From: Octopus vulgaris
Lineage: Eukaryota
Reading direction: 5' to 3'
Assembly (NCBI GenBank): GCA_951406725.2
Contig: OX597827.1
Coordinates: 82,398,001-82,462,000, forward strand
Length of the DNA: 64,000 nt
The position numbers and the translations under genes were made by a program. Shown piece by piece: positions 1 through 12,024 of this stretch (positions are counted from its first letter, which is position 1; each line of letters begins with the position of its first letter). The notes under the pieces were generated by a model. It searched no databases. It saw only the letters and a program-made list of their open reading frames with translations, and was not told where the DNA came from.

Positions 1-129
1 ATACATACATTCATGCATGAATACATACATTTAGACACAAACACACACACACATACATAGGCACATACATATACACACAACTTTGTATTCTTAACTCGTC
101 ATTGTGTTGTTTTTGTAATCTCTATAAAC

Positions 130-184
<55 letters not shown>

Positions 185-234
185 TATGCATACATACATA
201 CACGCATACATACACATACACACACATTTTTTTA

Positions 235-420
235 TCTTTTTGTCTTTTACCTGTTTGAATCATTGGACTGTGGCCATGCTGGGGCACTGCCCTGAGGAAT
301 TTCACTCAGATGAACAGACACAGTACAGTACTTATTCTATCAGACTCTTTTGCCAAACTACTAGGTTACAGGGACATAAACGCACCAACACCGGTTGTCA
401 AGCAAGGGTGGAGGACAAAC
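235..420 (-). mobile_element. Dispersed SINE-like repeat (other copies ~41870-42075, 47450-47615)
   Basis: Shared ggactgtggccatgctggggcac...ggtacttattctatc...ttttgc.gaac.gctaagtta...caccaaca.cggttgtcaag. Confidence 0.65.
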
Positions 421-532
421 ATGTACAAAGACACACACACACACACACACACACACACATCAACCCATACAAGCATGGCAAATAGACATTAAATGATGAT
501 GATGATAATATATATATATATATATATACTAC

Positions 533-660
533 AGGCTTCTTTCAGTTTTCATCTGCCAAATCCATTCACAAGTGTTTGGTTGGCCTGAGGCTATTGTCGA
601 AGACATTTGTCTGTGGTGCCACCTGTAACTCTGTGGTTGGGAAGCATATTTCTTACCACA
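533..660 (-). mobile_element. SINE of CORE-like family (other copies at ~42255-42400 -, 45645-45795 -, 47140-47280 +, 48922-49065 -)
   Basis: Recurring sequence gtggtaagaagcttgctt.ccaaccac...ggttca.tcc....gtggcaccttgggcaagtgtcttct...gaccaaagccttgtgagtggatttg...gaaactgaaagaagccc, present in five places. Confidence 0.7.
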
Positions 661-716
661 CACACAAACCTGCACCTACACAGCCATACATACACATACA
701 CACACACACATATATA

Positions 717-749
<33 letters not shown>

Positions 750-766
750 ATATATATATATATATA

Positions 767-1278
767 CTAGCAGTATCGCCCGGCGTTGCTCGGGTTTGTA
801 AGGGAAATAACTATATAAGCATTTTTAGAGAGTTACTTCCCTTATAGATGCCAATTCAGGCTTTCTTAGCCATTTCTGTTTTGGTGTCTTCAAGCCATGA
901 AGTCGTTGTTCTAAAAGAACGCTGGTCTCCTTGACAACGCTTTACGACGTTGATTTCCTTACACTCCCTTCCCCACAGCTTCACGAGGGAGGGAAGAAGG
1001 GGAGAAGCAAACAGGTGCAGCTGTGAGCGTGGACACCAACTCCGCCGCCATCGACACACGAAAAATTATGCATTAAAATGGAATAAAAAATGATGTTAAA
1101 TTATTTTTTAAATCGTAGACTCATCGTAGACGCGCGCTAATACTCAGACAGGCTTGATATGAATCACGACTATAAGATACCCGAATTTGGTTAAACTGCA
1201 CCGCAAAATGTGGGAGTAGTTAGGAATCTAAATCGAAGGGGACAGACACTGACACAACTACAGTTTTATATATATAGA
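767..1278 (-). mobile_element. Non-autonomous Helitron
   Basis: The minus strand reads A|TCTATATATATAAAA...CCCGAGCAACGCCGGG(hairpin)CGATACTGCTAG|T. This gives a 5' TC, a subterminal hairpin, a 3' CTAG and an A/T target with no TSD. Confidence 0.8.
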
Positions 1279-1454
1279 TATGTATGTATATTCCACAGAT
1301 GAATGCTCTTCCTGTCACCAACCCTCAATGTCTCCAACTAAGGTAATATTTTCTCATGTGATATCAAGCTGCGGAGACATTAACACACATGCACACATCT
1401 GTCTATCTATCTATTTATCCATCCATCCATCCATCCATCCATCCATCTATATAT

Positions 1455-2240
1455 CATCCTCATCATAATTTAATGTCTGCTTTCCATGCTGGCATGGGTT
1501 GAACAGTTTGACAGGAGGTGGCCAGCTGGAGAGCTGCCCAAGCTTCAATCTCTGCTTTGGCATGGTTTCTACAGTTGGATGCCCTTCCTAACATGCCAGC
1601 CACTTTACAGAGTGTACTGGGTGCTTATTACATGGCTTATTGCAGAGGTGTCAGTTTGAGTGCTTCCCACATGCCACCAGCCAGCTTGGGAGCTGTTAAT
1701 GTGATGCTGGTGGGAGCATTTTTACATGGTTCCAGCAAGGGTCATAAAGGACCTGCCTGTTTGCAGGGATGGCCACAGTTTTACTGAATTTGATGTGTCT
1801 TCCCAAGCACAGCAAATCACCAGATGTCTCAATCACTCATCATCTCTTCAGTGAAGCTCAATGTCTAGAGATCCTTTCTCACCATCTCATCACACACCTT
1901 CTTGGCTCTACACCTTCCACAGGTTCCCTCCACAATTAGAGACCAGCACTTCTTAATGCAGCTGTCCTTAATCATGCACAATTTTTCTCTTAAACCATTG
2001 TATATGCTCACTAACCCTAACCCATCCAGTGGAACTTGCTGGCTTCATTTCTTTCAAGCTTTCTCAGGTCCTTGTAAGCAAAGCCCATATTTCACTGCCA
2101 TGTAACATAGCTGTATGTACCCAACCTATCATACAATCTGCCTTTCACTCTGAGTGAGAGGCCCTTTGTTACCAACAAAGGTAGAAGCTCTCTGAACTTT
2201 GCTCACCCTGTCCTTATTTTAGTAACTATGGTTTCAGAAC
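1455..2240 (-). mobile_element. RTE-clade LINE 3' fragment (degraded RT C-terminus plus 3' tail)
   Basis: Minus-strand translation SETIVTKIRTG*AKFRELLPLLVTKGLSLRVKGRLYD is homologous to the element at 44442. It ends in the shared ttaggaagggcatcc...ccatgccagcatggaaagc.gac.ttaaa(tga)n tail. Confidence 0.8.
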
Positions 2241-3846
2241 ATCTGTATATGTATGTGATTATGCAGGCTAAAAGAGGCAGTGAAGGGGCTGAGCCATTAA
2301 TATGCTGGACAAAATGCTTAGGGGCAGAATGGCCAGCAACACCCACTATAACAAGCCACCCCTTCTTGAGGGGTTCATTTCTCAAACAGCCACAGTTACA
2401 CTGATTTTGCAGAGGAAATCTGTTGTGTGGGGTCTGAGAACCCTTGAGGGCTCAATGGCAACAGGCATAAACTGATAACAGCCTGTCAATCTATTTTAAC
2501 GAGATTCCTTTAAAACAGTCTGTTGGTGTTAAGGGGCCAGATGTGGTTTCAGGCAGGTTAGTCTGAAAAGGGTTAAGTTATACATCCAGCAGGCCTTCCA
2601 TACAATTATTATTGACCCTGCTTCATTCAATGGGAGGGGCTGTCTTAAAAACTCCCTTCTAGTTGGCCATTCATTGGAGTTGAACCTAAGACCTCATAAT
2701 TGGAAAGCAAACTCCTTAACCACTATGCTGGGAATGGAGTGTAGAGGCATTCTTCTCCCATAGAAATACAAGCAAAGATACACCCTCACACATTAGACAG
2801 ACACAAAGCACACTCACACACTCCTATGATATACAGGCAAACACGTGCGCGCGCGCGACTCACTCTCCCAAATACAGCATCTAATCTCCAGTCTCACCGC
2901 AGTTATCTCCCTTACAATGACCAATCTTTTTATAACACATCTGTCCACTGAGTGGAAATTTCATTCTTAAGTCAGTATCATAATTATATTTATCATATAT
3001 CATAATTATATTTATCATATATCATATATTCTAAGTTTTTATCCTGACAGTCATCATATTTCTATTTATACTTATTAATTAAATGGATATATAGTTATCC
3101 TGTTTATATTTATCATAGCATAATTATATTAACTACATCGTATATCCATCTTGCCATATTCACATTTATAATATAGCCTAATAATTATTTGTCAACTTCA
3201 TTAAATCCTCTAATGTGAGTTCAAATCCTACCAGTGGTTGCCTCTACTTTCCATCACCCCAGGATTTTTCAACTATAAAGTGACCCATGAATTCCTGGAG
3301 TAGATCTACCCAATAACACCTTTCTTCCACTCAATGTAAGAATCCATAGTATGGTACCCAGTGCCATCCTGGGGGTGTGGGGAGTGAAAGACCAAGAGAC
3401 CCAATTCTAACAGGGACACATATTGACCAGGACAATTCAGTGACAAATGTTGCATAGACATACAGTTCTACTGATCTTTACAGCAGTCAGTTGAATGTTG
3501 TGTACAACTAGGTGGACTTAGCTATTCACAGCAGCATAGTAACTGTTAGGTGGACTTAGCCAGTATCTAATATACTATCTGAGCTGGTTGTCCACTCCAC
3601 CAACTTGACCATCAGTACCAGGGTCACTGCAGAACACTGGACAAAGCACTTTAAATGATTTAGTTTCATATTTTTAATATTTTCTTTCATTTATCTGAGG
3701 TTGACAAAGAGTTAATACCAGTAATACTCTGGAGTCAGTCCATTTAAATATAATCTTGTCTCTCATATAAACATTAGGCTTAGTCCAAGTCATAAGTAGT
3801 TATTATTTACATTTGTCGGATATTTGTTCTCATCTTGTTTGTTGTT

Positions 3847-3892
3847 AACACAACGTTTTGGCTGATATACCCTCCAGCCTTCATCAGGTGTC
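3847..3892 (-). ncRNA. Degenerate minimal type I hammerhead ribozyme motif (Penelope-type)
   Basis: Minus strand: GACAC-CUGAUGA-A-GGCUG(gagggtatat)CAGCC-AAAA-CGUU-GUGUU. Stems I and II pair. The GAAA box is mutated to AAAA, consistent with CpG decay. Confidence 0.6.
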
Positions 3893-3957
3893 TTGGGGAA
3901 ATTTTGAATCTGGGTTCTCATTTCTAAGATTTTTTCAATGTTATTATTATTATTATT

Positions 3958-4040
3958 ATTCAGGTCACAGCCTCGAATCGAACTCGGAATCTTGGGGTTA
4001 GTAGTCTGCGCTCTTAACCACTACGTCATATGTCCGTGGG
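3958..4040 (-). mobile_element. tRNA-like SINE head
   Basis: Minus strand tgacgtagtggttaagagcgcagactactaaccccaagattccgagttcgattcg contains Pol III A-box and B-box-like motifs. Confidence 0.55.
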
Positions 4041-4453
4041 CAAATGTAAATAATGTACATAATTCCTCATCTCTTAAATATAGAAATCTAGTTATTATTT
4101 GTTGTTAGCTTAGATTTTAGTTGCTTCACAGCTTTTCACGTTTCTTCCTTTATGACATTCTGCTGGTCAAGTTTAATGTTGGATGTTAGCTTTTGCACAT
4201 TTATCGAGACCAAATTGCATCCTGATGCCATCTCTGAATTGTTTAGCAATTGCTAGTAAGCCCTGTAGTTGTTGGTCATTTTTTGAAAAGAGCTTTAAAT
4301 CATTCATGCAAAAGAGATGATTTATATTTTTATCAAACATTTTATTGCCATATTATACATCATCAAGCAATTTTGAGAGAGCAATTAAGGCTAGACAAAA
4401 GAGGAGTGGTGATAGTGAGTCGCCCTGGAAAATATCACATTTTATTATTATTA

Positions 4454-4497
<44 letters not shown>

Positions 4498-4591
4498 TAG
4501 TTTTATTTTTATAGCGTGCTTTCACTTCACTACCGAGCGCAGCTCTGTGTGCCTTGGGTATGTGCTGTGATTTGTTGTGATGCTCTGATGG

Positions 4592-4643
<52 letters not shown>

Positions 4644-4811
4644 GTTTTTGGAGTTTGTGTGTTGAAGCATATTCTGTTGTGTCTGGGGAAAGTCATTTTC
4701 TTTTTGTGCTTTATAATCTAACACACTTACCGGTTAAATTTCCCCTTTTTTTCTTATTTTTATTATCCTAAAATTTTCGTTGCATCTTGCAACCTTTTCA
4801 ATAGTTTTGAC

Positions 4812-4865
<54 letters not shown>

Positions 4866-4964
4866 TTTATTTACTTATTAACTGACCCCTGAATCTGCCA
4901 ATGAATTTTACAAATGATTCTTCCTTCTCTCTTTTCAGGCGGAAAAATCAGCATTTTAATAACC

Positions 4965-7346
4965 ATGAGCCTCAATACGCTGGTCGGACTGTTGCTTCTG
5001 TTGTTTCTTCCTGAAGGCTTCACTGTGGACCTTACTTACCATATAGAGGAAGAAAGAAGTCCTGGGACCTTTATAGGGGACATTGCTGCTGACTCCCCTC
5101 TACTAAATGGTTTTCTAATTGATGAACATGAAAGAATCTCCTTCAGCCAACTCCAACGGAAAGTGTCCGGAACTTCCCAACTGTTTAATATAACTAAACA
5201 TGGGAGATTGTTTACAGCTCAGACCTTGGATGCTGAAGTTTTGTGTATTTATAACAAGGAATGTTCTAGAATCATTAAAGTTGCTGTTCATCAGAAAAAG
5301 ACATTTATGAAGATCTTAAAGATTAAAGTCATAATAGAAGACATCAATGACCACCAACCTGAGTTTCCTGTCAAAGAAGTCGATCTTCATTTCCTTGAAT
5401 CAGACAGAACCAAAACAGTGAAACCGATACCAAATGTCATAGACAAAGACATTGGTGTTTTAAATTCTTTGATAAAATATGAACTTCGGAAGAACCCAGA
5501 TGAACCATTTTCATTGTCAGTCACCAAACGAGTTGACGGGAGATCAAAGATTAATCTTCTTTTGGATGAAGAATTAGACAGAGAAGTTAAAGGGAATTAT
5601 ACTCTTCAGATTATTGCTAAAGATGGAGGATCTCCACCCAAAGTTGGGATTTTAAATGTCCAAATTTCAGTCATTGATGTCAATGACAACTTACCAATTT
5701 TCCACCGGAATACCTTTAATGTCTCCATAAAAAGTAGCCAAAATAAAAACAAACCCATTATTACATTGACAGCAACAGATTCTGACATTGGAGAAAATGG
5801 CAAAGTTTTTTACCATTTCAGCCCTAAAACATTAAATGAAGACAAAAAAAATTTCTATTTAAAACCAGATTCTGGTGAAATTCTATTAAAAGAAACATTT
5901 GTTCCAGGTCAAAAACAAACGTATAAATTGTTTGTGGAAGCTATTGATGGTGGTAAACCATCACTCAGCTCCACAGCTCTGGTTCTTGTCAATGTAATCA
6001 ACCAGCAGAACAACAGACCTATGATTAGCGTAGACTTTGTGTCTGCAATATCAGAGAATTCCACTGCAATTCCTGAAGACATTGAAGTGGGAAGCTTTAT
6101 TGCTTATGTGATGGTCACTGATGATGACTTGGGGCAAAATGGTGAAGTGACATGTGACCTCAAACATGAAGTATTCAAACTGTTGAGTTTAGGTTCTAAA
6201 GAATTCAAAATAACATTAAAACGGTCAGTCGATAGAGAAATAAAAGATTATTATCATATCACCATTAGCTGTGAAGATCAAGGAACTCCTCCATTGAAAT
6301 CTAAAAGAAATTTCTCCATACAAGTTATTGATGTCAACGATGTACAGCCTCAATTTACTAAAGTCACATATAAATTCCTCACCTATGAAAACAAACCCCC
6401 AAATTTCCCTATTGGCTTCATTGATGCTACAGACCCTGATTTGGGGCCTGGGGGAGAGTTGACATATTCCTTAAAAGATGAAGGTAATCTGCCCTTGTTT
6501 ATAACAAAAAATGGTTTCATATTGACAACCCAGTCACTAGATAGGGAGCAGCAAGATGTATACAGATTTAAGGTTTTTGTCAAAGACAATGGGGTGAACT
6601 CCCTAAATAATACAGCAAACATTATTGTGGAAGTGATGGATGAAAATGATAATGCCCCTTACTTTACATTCCCCAGTGTTAGTCCCTTTAGTTTAGACAT
6701 TCATTATTATCCCCAGAGTAAGAATGACATCACAGTCCTGCGGGCATCCGACAGAGATAGTCGTGAGAATGCATTTCTCAGGTACGAAATCATCGCAGGG
6801 AACGACAAACATTTGTTTTCTGTCAATTTTTACACAGGGGTTCTGTCTTTCTCTCGAACAGTTTACCAAAATGATGCTGGGTCATATGACCTGCAGTTTC
6901 TGGTGAAAGACAGTGGGACCCCAGTCCTGTCGGCAACCACTGTTGTGGCATTAACACTGACCGTCAGTAACGAAACCTTCACGGCTTACTCAGCTGTTCA
7001 AGTCCAATCTGAAGACATGATAGATGTGAATCTGGTGATCATCATAGTCGTTGTTGCGGTGCTATTGTCCATAGCCATCGTTATTTTCATCACAGTGACT
7101 GCAATCAGGTGCAACAATCAAAGAAACAATACTGCCGCAGAGAATCAGCCATACCAATCAAGGACGGAAATGAAACAATTAATTTACCAAACCAGTAACC
7201 CCATCGTCCTTGCGGGGAACCCAGAGGAGATGTTAAATAGAAACACACAATCTATGAAATCTAAAAATCAGTTTTATCCTGAAGAAGAATCACAGAACGA
7301 ATGGAAAACATCAACAATGGTAACGACTTTACCAAAATTAACGAAG
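4965..7346 (+). CDS. Pcdh: Protocadherin, large first coding exon (signal peptide, 6 cadherin repeats, TM, proximal cytoplasmic tail)
   Basis: ORF 4914..7367 has cadherin motifs (EDINDHQPEF, IDVNDNLPIF, IDVNDVQPQF, MDENDNAPYF, LDRE, ATDPD), an EC1 Cys-X5-Cys (CIYNKEC) and a TM segment LVIIIVVVAVLLSIAIVIFITVTAI. The polypyrimidine acceptor ttccttctctcttttcAG ends at 4938, so the likely start is ATG 4965 (MSLNTLVGLLLLLFLPEGFT signal peptide). A phase-0 donor AAG|GTAAAT lies at 7346/7347. Confidence 0.95.
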
Positions 7347-7660
7347 GTAAATTATGATGTGTTTTGATGACTATTGATGGGTAGCCATGCATGTCTATGT
7401 TGTCAACCTCTCACTTCACGGCAATCTTAAATTTGTTGCTTGAATCACATTTCATTTTCTTCATTTAATTACTATTAACCAAAATAATTAGCAAAACTAA
7501 AATGAGTTGAGGGAAATAAATGAAGTTGCTAACGGCATTAATTTAAATTAATAAGTTAAGGAACAGTTTATTGAATGATGAATACAAACTATTCTCAATG
7601 GATTCAAATTTCCCCCTAAACTGGAGTAAAAATAAAGCAAAGTTATATCAAACAGTTTAT

Positions 7661-7700
7661 TTTGCTGATGAGGTCAAAACAGATTGAAACATGTTCATAG
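7661..7700 (+). ncRNA. Minimal type I hammerhead ribozyme motif, sense strand of Pcdh intron
   Basis: uuug-CUGAUGA-GGUC(aaaaca)GAUU-GAAAC-au-GUU-cauag. The core boxes are intact, stem II has two G-U wobbles, stem III is palindromic (AACAUGUU), and stem I is weak. Confidence 0.55.
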
Positions 7701-8677
7701 TTGTCTCCATTGTTTGCTAACAAAGATTTTGTTTTATCTTCCCTTTGCTGACACTCACCACTGGCATACATGTCTCCTTTCATCAACTGAGAAGTAAATT
7801 TCAACTAATTAAGAAGCTTTTGTTGATACCATTCAGTGCATCATTCCTTTATTAGTTAATTAGGATTAATTAGATTCATTAAAGTGTTACAATTGAATGT
7901 GCAAGCAAGTATATACATTAGAACCCTGCCTTCTTGCCCTCATACTGTTTTTTCCTTCTACTCTCCCACCTATTCCGATCCTTCTCCGTCCATTGTCCTT
8001 TCCCCTCTTTCTCTCCAGTTCCCCTCCTTGGTCACCCATGCAAGCTCTCTTCGGCCCTGCTCTAGACCTACACTTACTCTCCTATCCCTGCCACTCTAAT
8101 AACCATTTCTGGCCTTTCTCTCATCATTATTCTTCCATTTCTAAACTTTCATTTACTGTGTACAAACCCCATCCACACCTACCATTCACCAGGTAAAGTA
8201 GTTACTTACATGGAAAGAGGTCCTTCAAGCCCTGTCTCACCAAGGGATATTCAACCTCTTTTGCATTGATGCCACAGCAAAATGCATTCAATATATTCTG
8301 TAAAGTGGTTGACATTAGGAATGGCTGTACAAACCAAGCCAAATGACAAGTACAGACGCAAAGACTTCAAGAAGTGACTTGGATCCCAGAAAATCTGTCC
8401 AACCCCTGCCAATGCAGAAAGTGTGTCTAAAATAATGATGATGATGATGACTACTAGAATCCCCCCCGCCATAAAACAATCTCTTTCACCTCACTCCTAA
8501 ACCCCTATTTGCTTCATGGCCCTCTCTGTTCACTCTCTCACACCACTACTATATCAAAACGGAATTCTAATTAGACAAACGAAGACCCAACTTCCATTAA
8601 TGACATTTACTACGGTTACATTTCCTATTCTCTCTACTATGTCTCCTTATATGACCATCACCAGTAAGATATATATA

Positions 8678-8745
<68 letters not shown>

Positions 8746-8752
8746 TACATAC

Positions 8753-9050
8753 ATCACCGTGATCACCATGACCGACCAGGCTATCAGATGTTGCAACACA
8801 TCGCTGGTCACAATGCGCTTCACATTGTTTTAGCCTTCAAATGACGCCAACCCGCAGGCTAAGTGAGCAGGCCAACAGAAAAAAGAGTAAGAGAAAGTTG
8901 CGGAGAAAGAGTACAGCAGGGATCGCCTGCCCCTGCCGGAGCCTCTTGGAGTTTTAGGTGTTTTCTCTCAATAAACACTCACAACACCTGGTCTGGGAAT
9001 CGAAACCGCGATCCTACGACCGCGAGTCCGCTGCCCTAACCACTGGGCCA
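8753..9050 (-). mobile_element. tRNA-derived SINE
   Basis: Head tggcccagtggttagggcagcggactcgcggtcgtaggatcgcggtttcgattccc has A and B boxes. The body is shared with the 16404 copy and the tail with the 12025 copy. Confidence 0.8.
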
Positions 9051-9400
9051 TATATATGTCTATATATTAAGAATGAGAGAAATACGTCGGTGTATATATT
9101 CAATTAATTTGAAATTACTGAAATTCTCCACAGTATACAATATAAACAGATGAGTTCACATATATGAGATATGCTAAATTTATAAGAATTTATAAACACA
9201 TTATCATAAGAGATATACATACGAAGATTTATAAATGAATAAACATTTATGAGCACATAAAGATTCATAGATATATAAACACATAAATATAAATACACAG
9301 TTGTACTTGCAAGTCCGAATGTCCATATTAGAATCAACGAGGAAGGGAGATAAGAAAGTTAGTATGAAATGATTCAGGAGGAATTCTAAATAGGTACAAA

Positions 9401-9490
9401 AACCTTACAGCCGTTTCGAGGAGATTAGGTTGATATGGGTGAGCTAACTCCAACCGTAGCAGTTATCTATACTTCTCTCATCAGAGCTAA
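9401..9490 (-). ncRNA. Hammerhead ribozyme motif with extended stem II
   Basis: Minus strand: agcu-CUGAUGA-GAGAAG...(~50 nt)...CUCCUC-GAAAC-ggcu-GUA-aggu. All core nucleotides are present; stem I has one mismatch. Confidence 0.55.
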
Positions 9491-9525
9491 GGGATGCAAA
9501 GATTAAAAATTTTATGAGATATTAG

Positions 9526-9625
<100 letters not shown>

Positions 9626-9632
9626 TACATCC

Positions 9633-10090
9633 GTGCAAGTGGAGTGCTAAGAGCACCATCTGATCCTGATTGTTGCCGGAGCAGCTGACTGGCTTCCGTG
9701 CCAATGGCACGTAAAAAGCACCATTTGAGCGTGATCGTTACCAGTGTCACCTTACTGGCACTTGTGCCGGTGGTACATGAAAAAACATTTGAGTGAGGTC
9801 ATTGCCAGTGCCGCTGGACTGGCTCCTGTGCAGGTGGCACGTAAAAAACACCATTTGAGCATCGTCGTTGCCAGTACTGCCTAACTGGCCCTCATGCCGG
9901 TGGCACGTAAAAGCGCCCACAACACTCTCGGAGTGGTTGGCGTTAGGAAGGGCATCCAGCTGTAGAAACTCTGCCAGATCAGATTGGAGCCTGGTGCAGC
10001 CTTCTGTTTCACCAGTCCTCAGTCAAATCGTCCAACCCATGCTAGCATGGAAAGCAGACATTAAACGATGATGAGGATGATGATGATGAT
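9633..10090 (+). mobile_element. RTE-tailed short element with internal tandem repeats
   Basis: Repeated gccggtggcacgtaaaaagcacc units, then cggagtggttggcgttaggaagggcatccagctgtagaaac...ccaacccatgctagcatggaaa..gac.ttaaac(gat)n. Confidence 0.8.
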
Positions 10091-10359
10091 ACATACATAT
10101 ACATATATACATATATATCCATATACACACACACACACACATCCATATATGTGTGTGTGTTCTTTGATTCACTCTTCCCTTTCCTGTTTGCTACCACCAC
10201 ACTAACACTCCTCCCACCATCTCCTCATGTTTCATATTAATAGTATGACCCTTCAGTTGCATCTTCATATATACATGTGTGTGTGTGTGTGTGTCTGTGC
10301 CTGTGCATGTGTATGTATGTTTATGTACATGCATACATATATATCTCTGGAGATATGCT

Positions 10360-10971
10360 GTGACTGCAAAGACCCGGGCTGCTTCCTGCACCAGTTCCGC
10401 ATAGCCCCTGCCCATTCAAAGTACCTTGGATTTCAGAACATCCCACTGTGCTTGAGGAGACCTTTTGAGTCAAGTACATGAACATCGAAATAAATATCAA
10501 TGGAAATAGTAGTTGTGATACCTGTGCCGGTGGCACATAAAAAGCACCATCCGGACGTGGCTGATGCCAGCGCCGCCTCAACTGGCTTCTGTGCCGGTGG
10601 CACGTAGAAAGCACCATCCGAACGTGGCCGATGCCAGTGCCGCCTCAACTGACTTCTGTGCTGGTGGCACGTAGAAAGCACCATCCGAACATGATCGATG
10701 CCAGCACCGCCTTGACTGGCTTCCGTGCCGGTGGCACGTTAAAAGCACCAACCGATCATGGCCACTGCCAGACTCCCCTGGCACCTGTGCCGGTGGTACA
10801 TAAGAAGCACCCACTACACTCACGGAGTGGTTGGCGTTAGGAAGGGCATCCAGCTGTAGAAACACTGCCAGATCAGACTGGAGCCTGGTGCAGCCCCTGG
10901 CTTCCCAGACCCCCGTTGAACCGTCCAACCCGTGCTAGCATGGAGAACGGACGTTAAACGATGATGATGAT
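10360..10971 (+). mobile_element. RTE-tailed short element with 67-bp tandem repeats
   Basis: Units start at 10526, 10593, 10660, 10727 and 10789. Same 3' tail and (GAT)n end as the 9633 copy. Confidence 0.85.
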
Positions 10972-11509
10972 CTAAAACTATCTATCAATCTATCTATCTG
11001 TCTATATATATATAAGTATATATCTATCTATCTATATATATATATATATATATTTATGTGTGTGTGTGTGTGTGTGTGTATGACTGCTGCTACTGCTTCT
11101 ACTGTTATTACTACTACTACTACTACTGCTGCTGCTGCTACTACTACTACTTCAAGTGTGTTGTAGTGTGGTTGTTGTATGAAAGTTAAAGTTGCTCCTG
11201 GTCTGGTTTGAACCCAGAAGGTTGAGAACTGAAGCGAGATATAACAAAAGCTACAACCAATAATTTAGACCCTTATAATCCATGGCCAAAAATATCAAGG
11301 GTTAGGGTTAGGGTCGGGATGGGTGGGTGGGGGGGGTCGATGGACTTAAGTATGTGACTGGCGTACATTTCATCAAGGCTTGAACAGTGAAGGGCACAGC
11401 TGGATTGGGTAGGATTTGAATTCAGAAAATAACAGACCAGAAATAAATATAAAAATACATTTAGACTTTGTCTCCGCTTCTCTCACACAATGCCACCGTT
11501 AAATAGTGG

Positions 11510-11545
11510 TGATGGCAATGATGATGATGACGACGACGACGATGA

Positions 11546-11576
<31 letters not shown>

Positions 11577-11771
11577 GATGATGATGCTGACGACGACGAT
11601 GATGATGATGATGACGACGACGACGACGATGATGATGATGATGATGATAACAATGATGATGACGACGACGATGATGATGACGACGACGATGATGATGATG
11701 ATGATGACGATGATGATGATGATGATGACAACGACGATGATGATGATGATGATGATGACAATAACGATGAT
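11510..11771. repeat. (GAT/GAC)n trinucleotide microsatellite
   Basis: Direct reading. Confidence 0.95.
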
Positions 11772-12024
11772 ACTGGTGATTTGTTTAGGTTAATGTTTTG
11801 GGTAGAAGTTAGGCTATGAGTTAATTAAATGCATGAAATTGCAATTGAGGGATTCAATGTGGTTTCCGGTTCAATCCCACTGCACAGGGGTCTGAGCACA
11901 GTTCTTCTCTCAATCACCATTGATGTATGTGATAGCATACCAGTATATCACTGGTACCTTGTAGGGAAGGAATATAGCTGACTAAATCAACCACAGTATA
12001 TTACTGGTATGTCATACATGTGAA

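Noticed and set aside
4914-4964. ORF-track start MILPSLFSGG for the protocadherin
   Set aside because: It overlaps a polypyrimidine tract and AG acceptor (4938). The signal peptide fits ATG 4965 better.
10526-10810. CRISPR-like appearance of the 67-bp array (and of the 14350-14775 array)
   Set aside because: The spacers are homologous to each other, the context is eukaryotic and there are no cas genes. These are tandem duplications.
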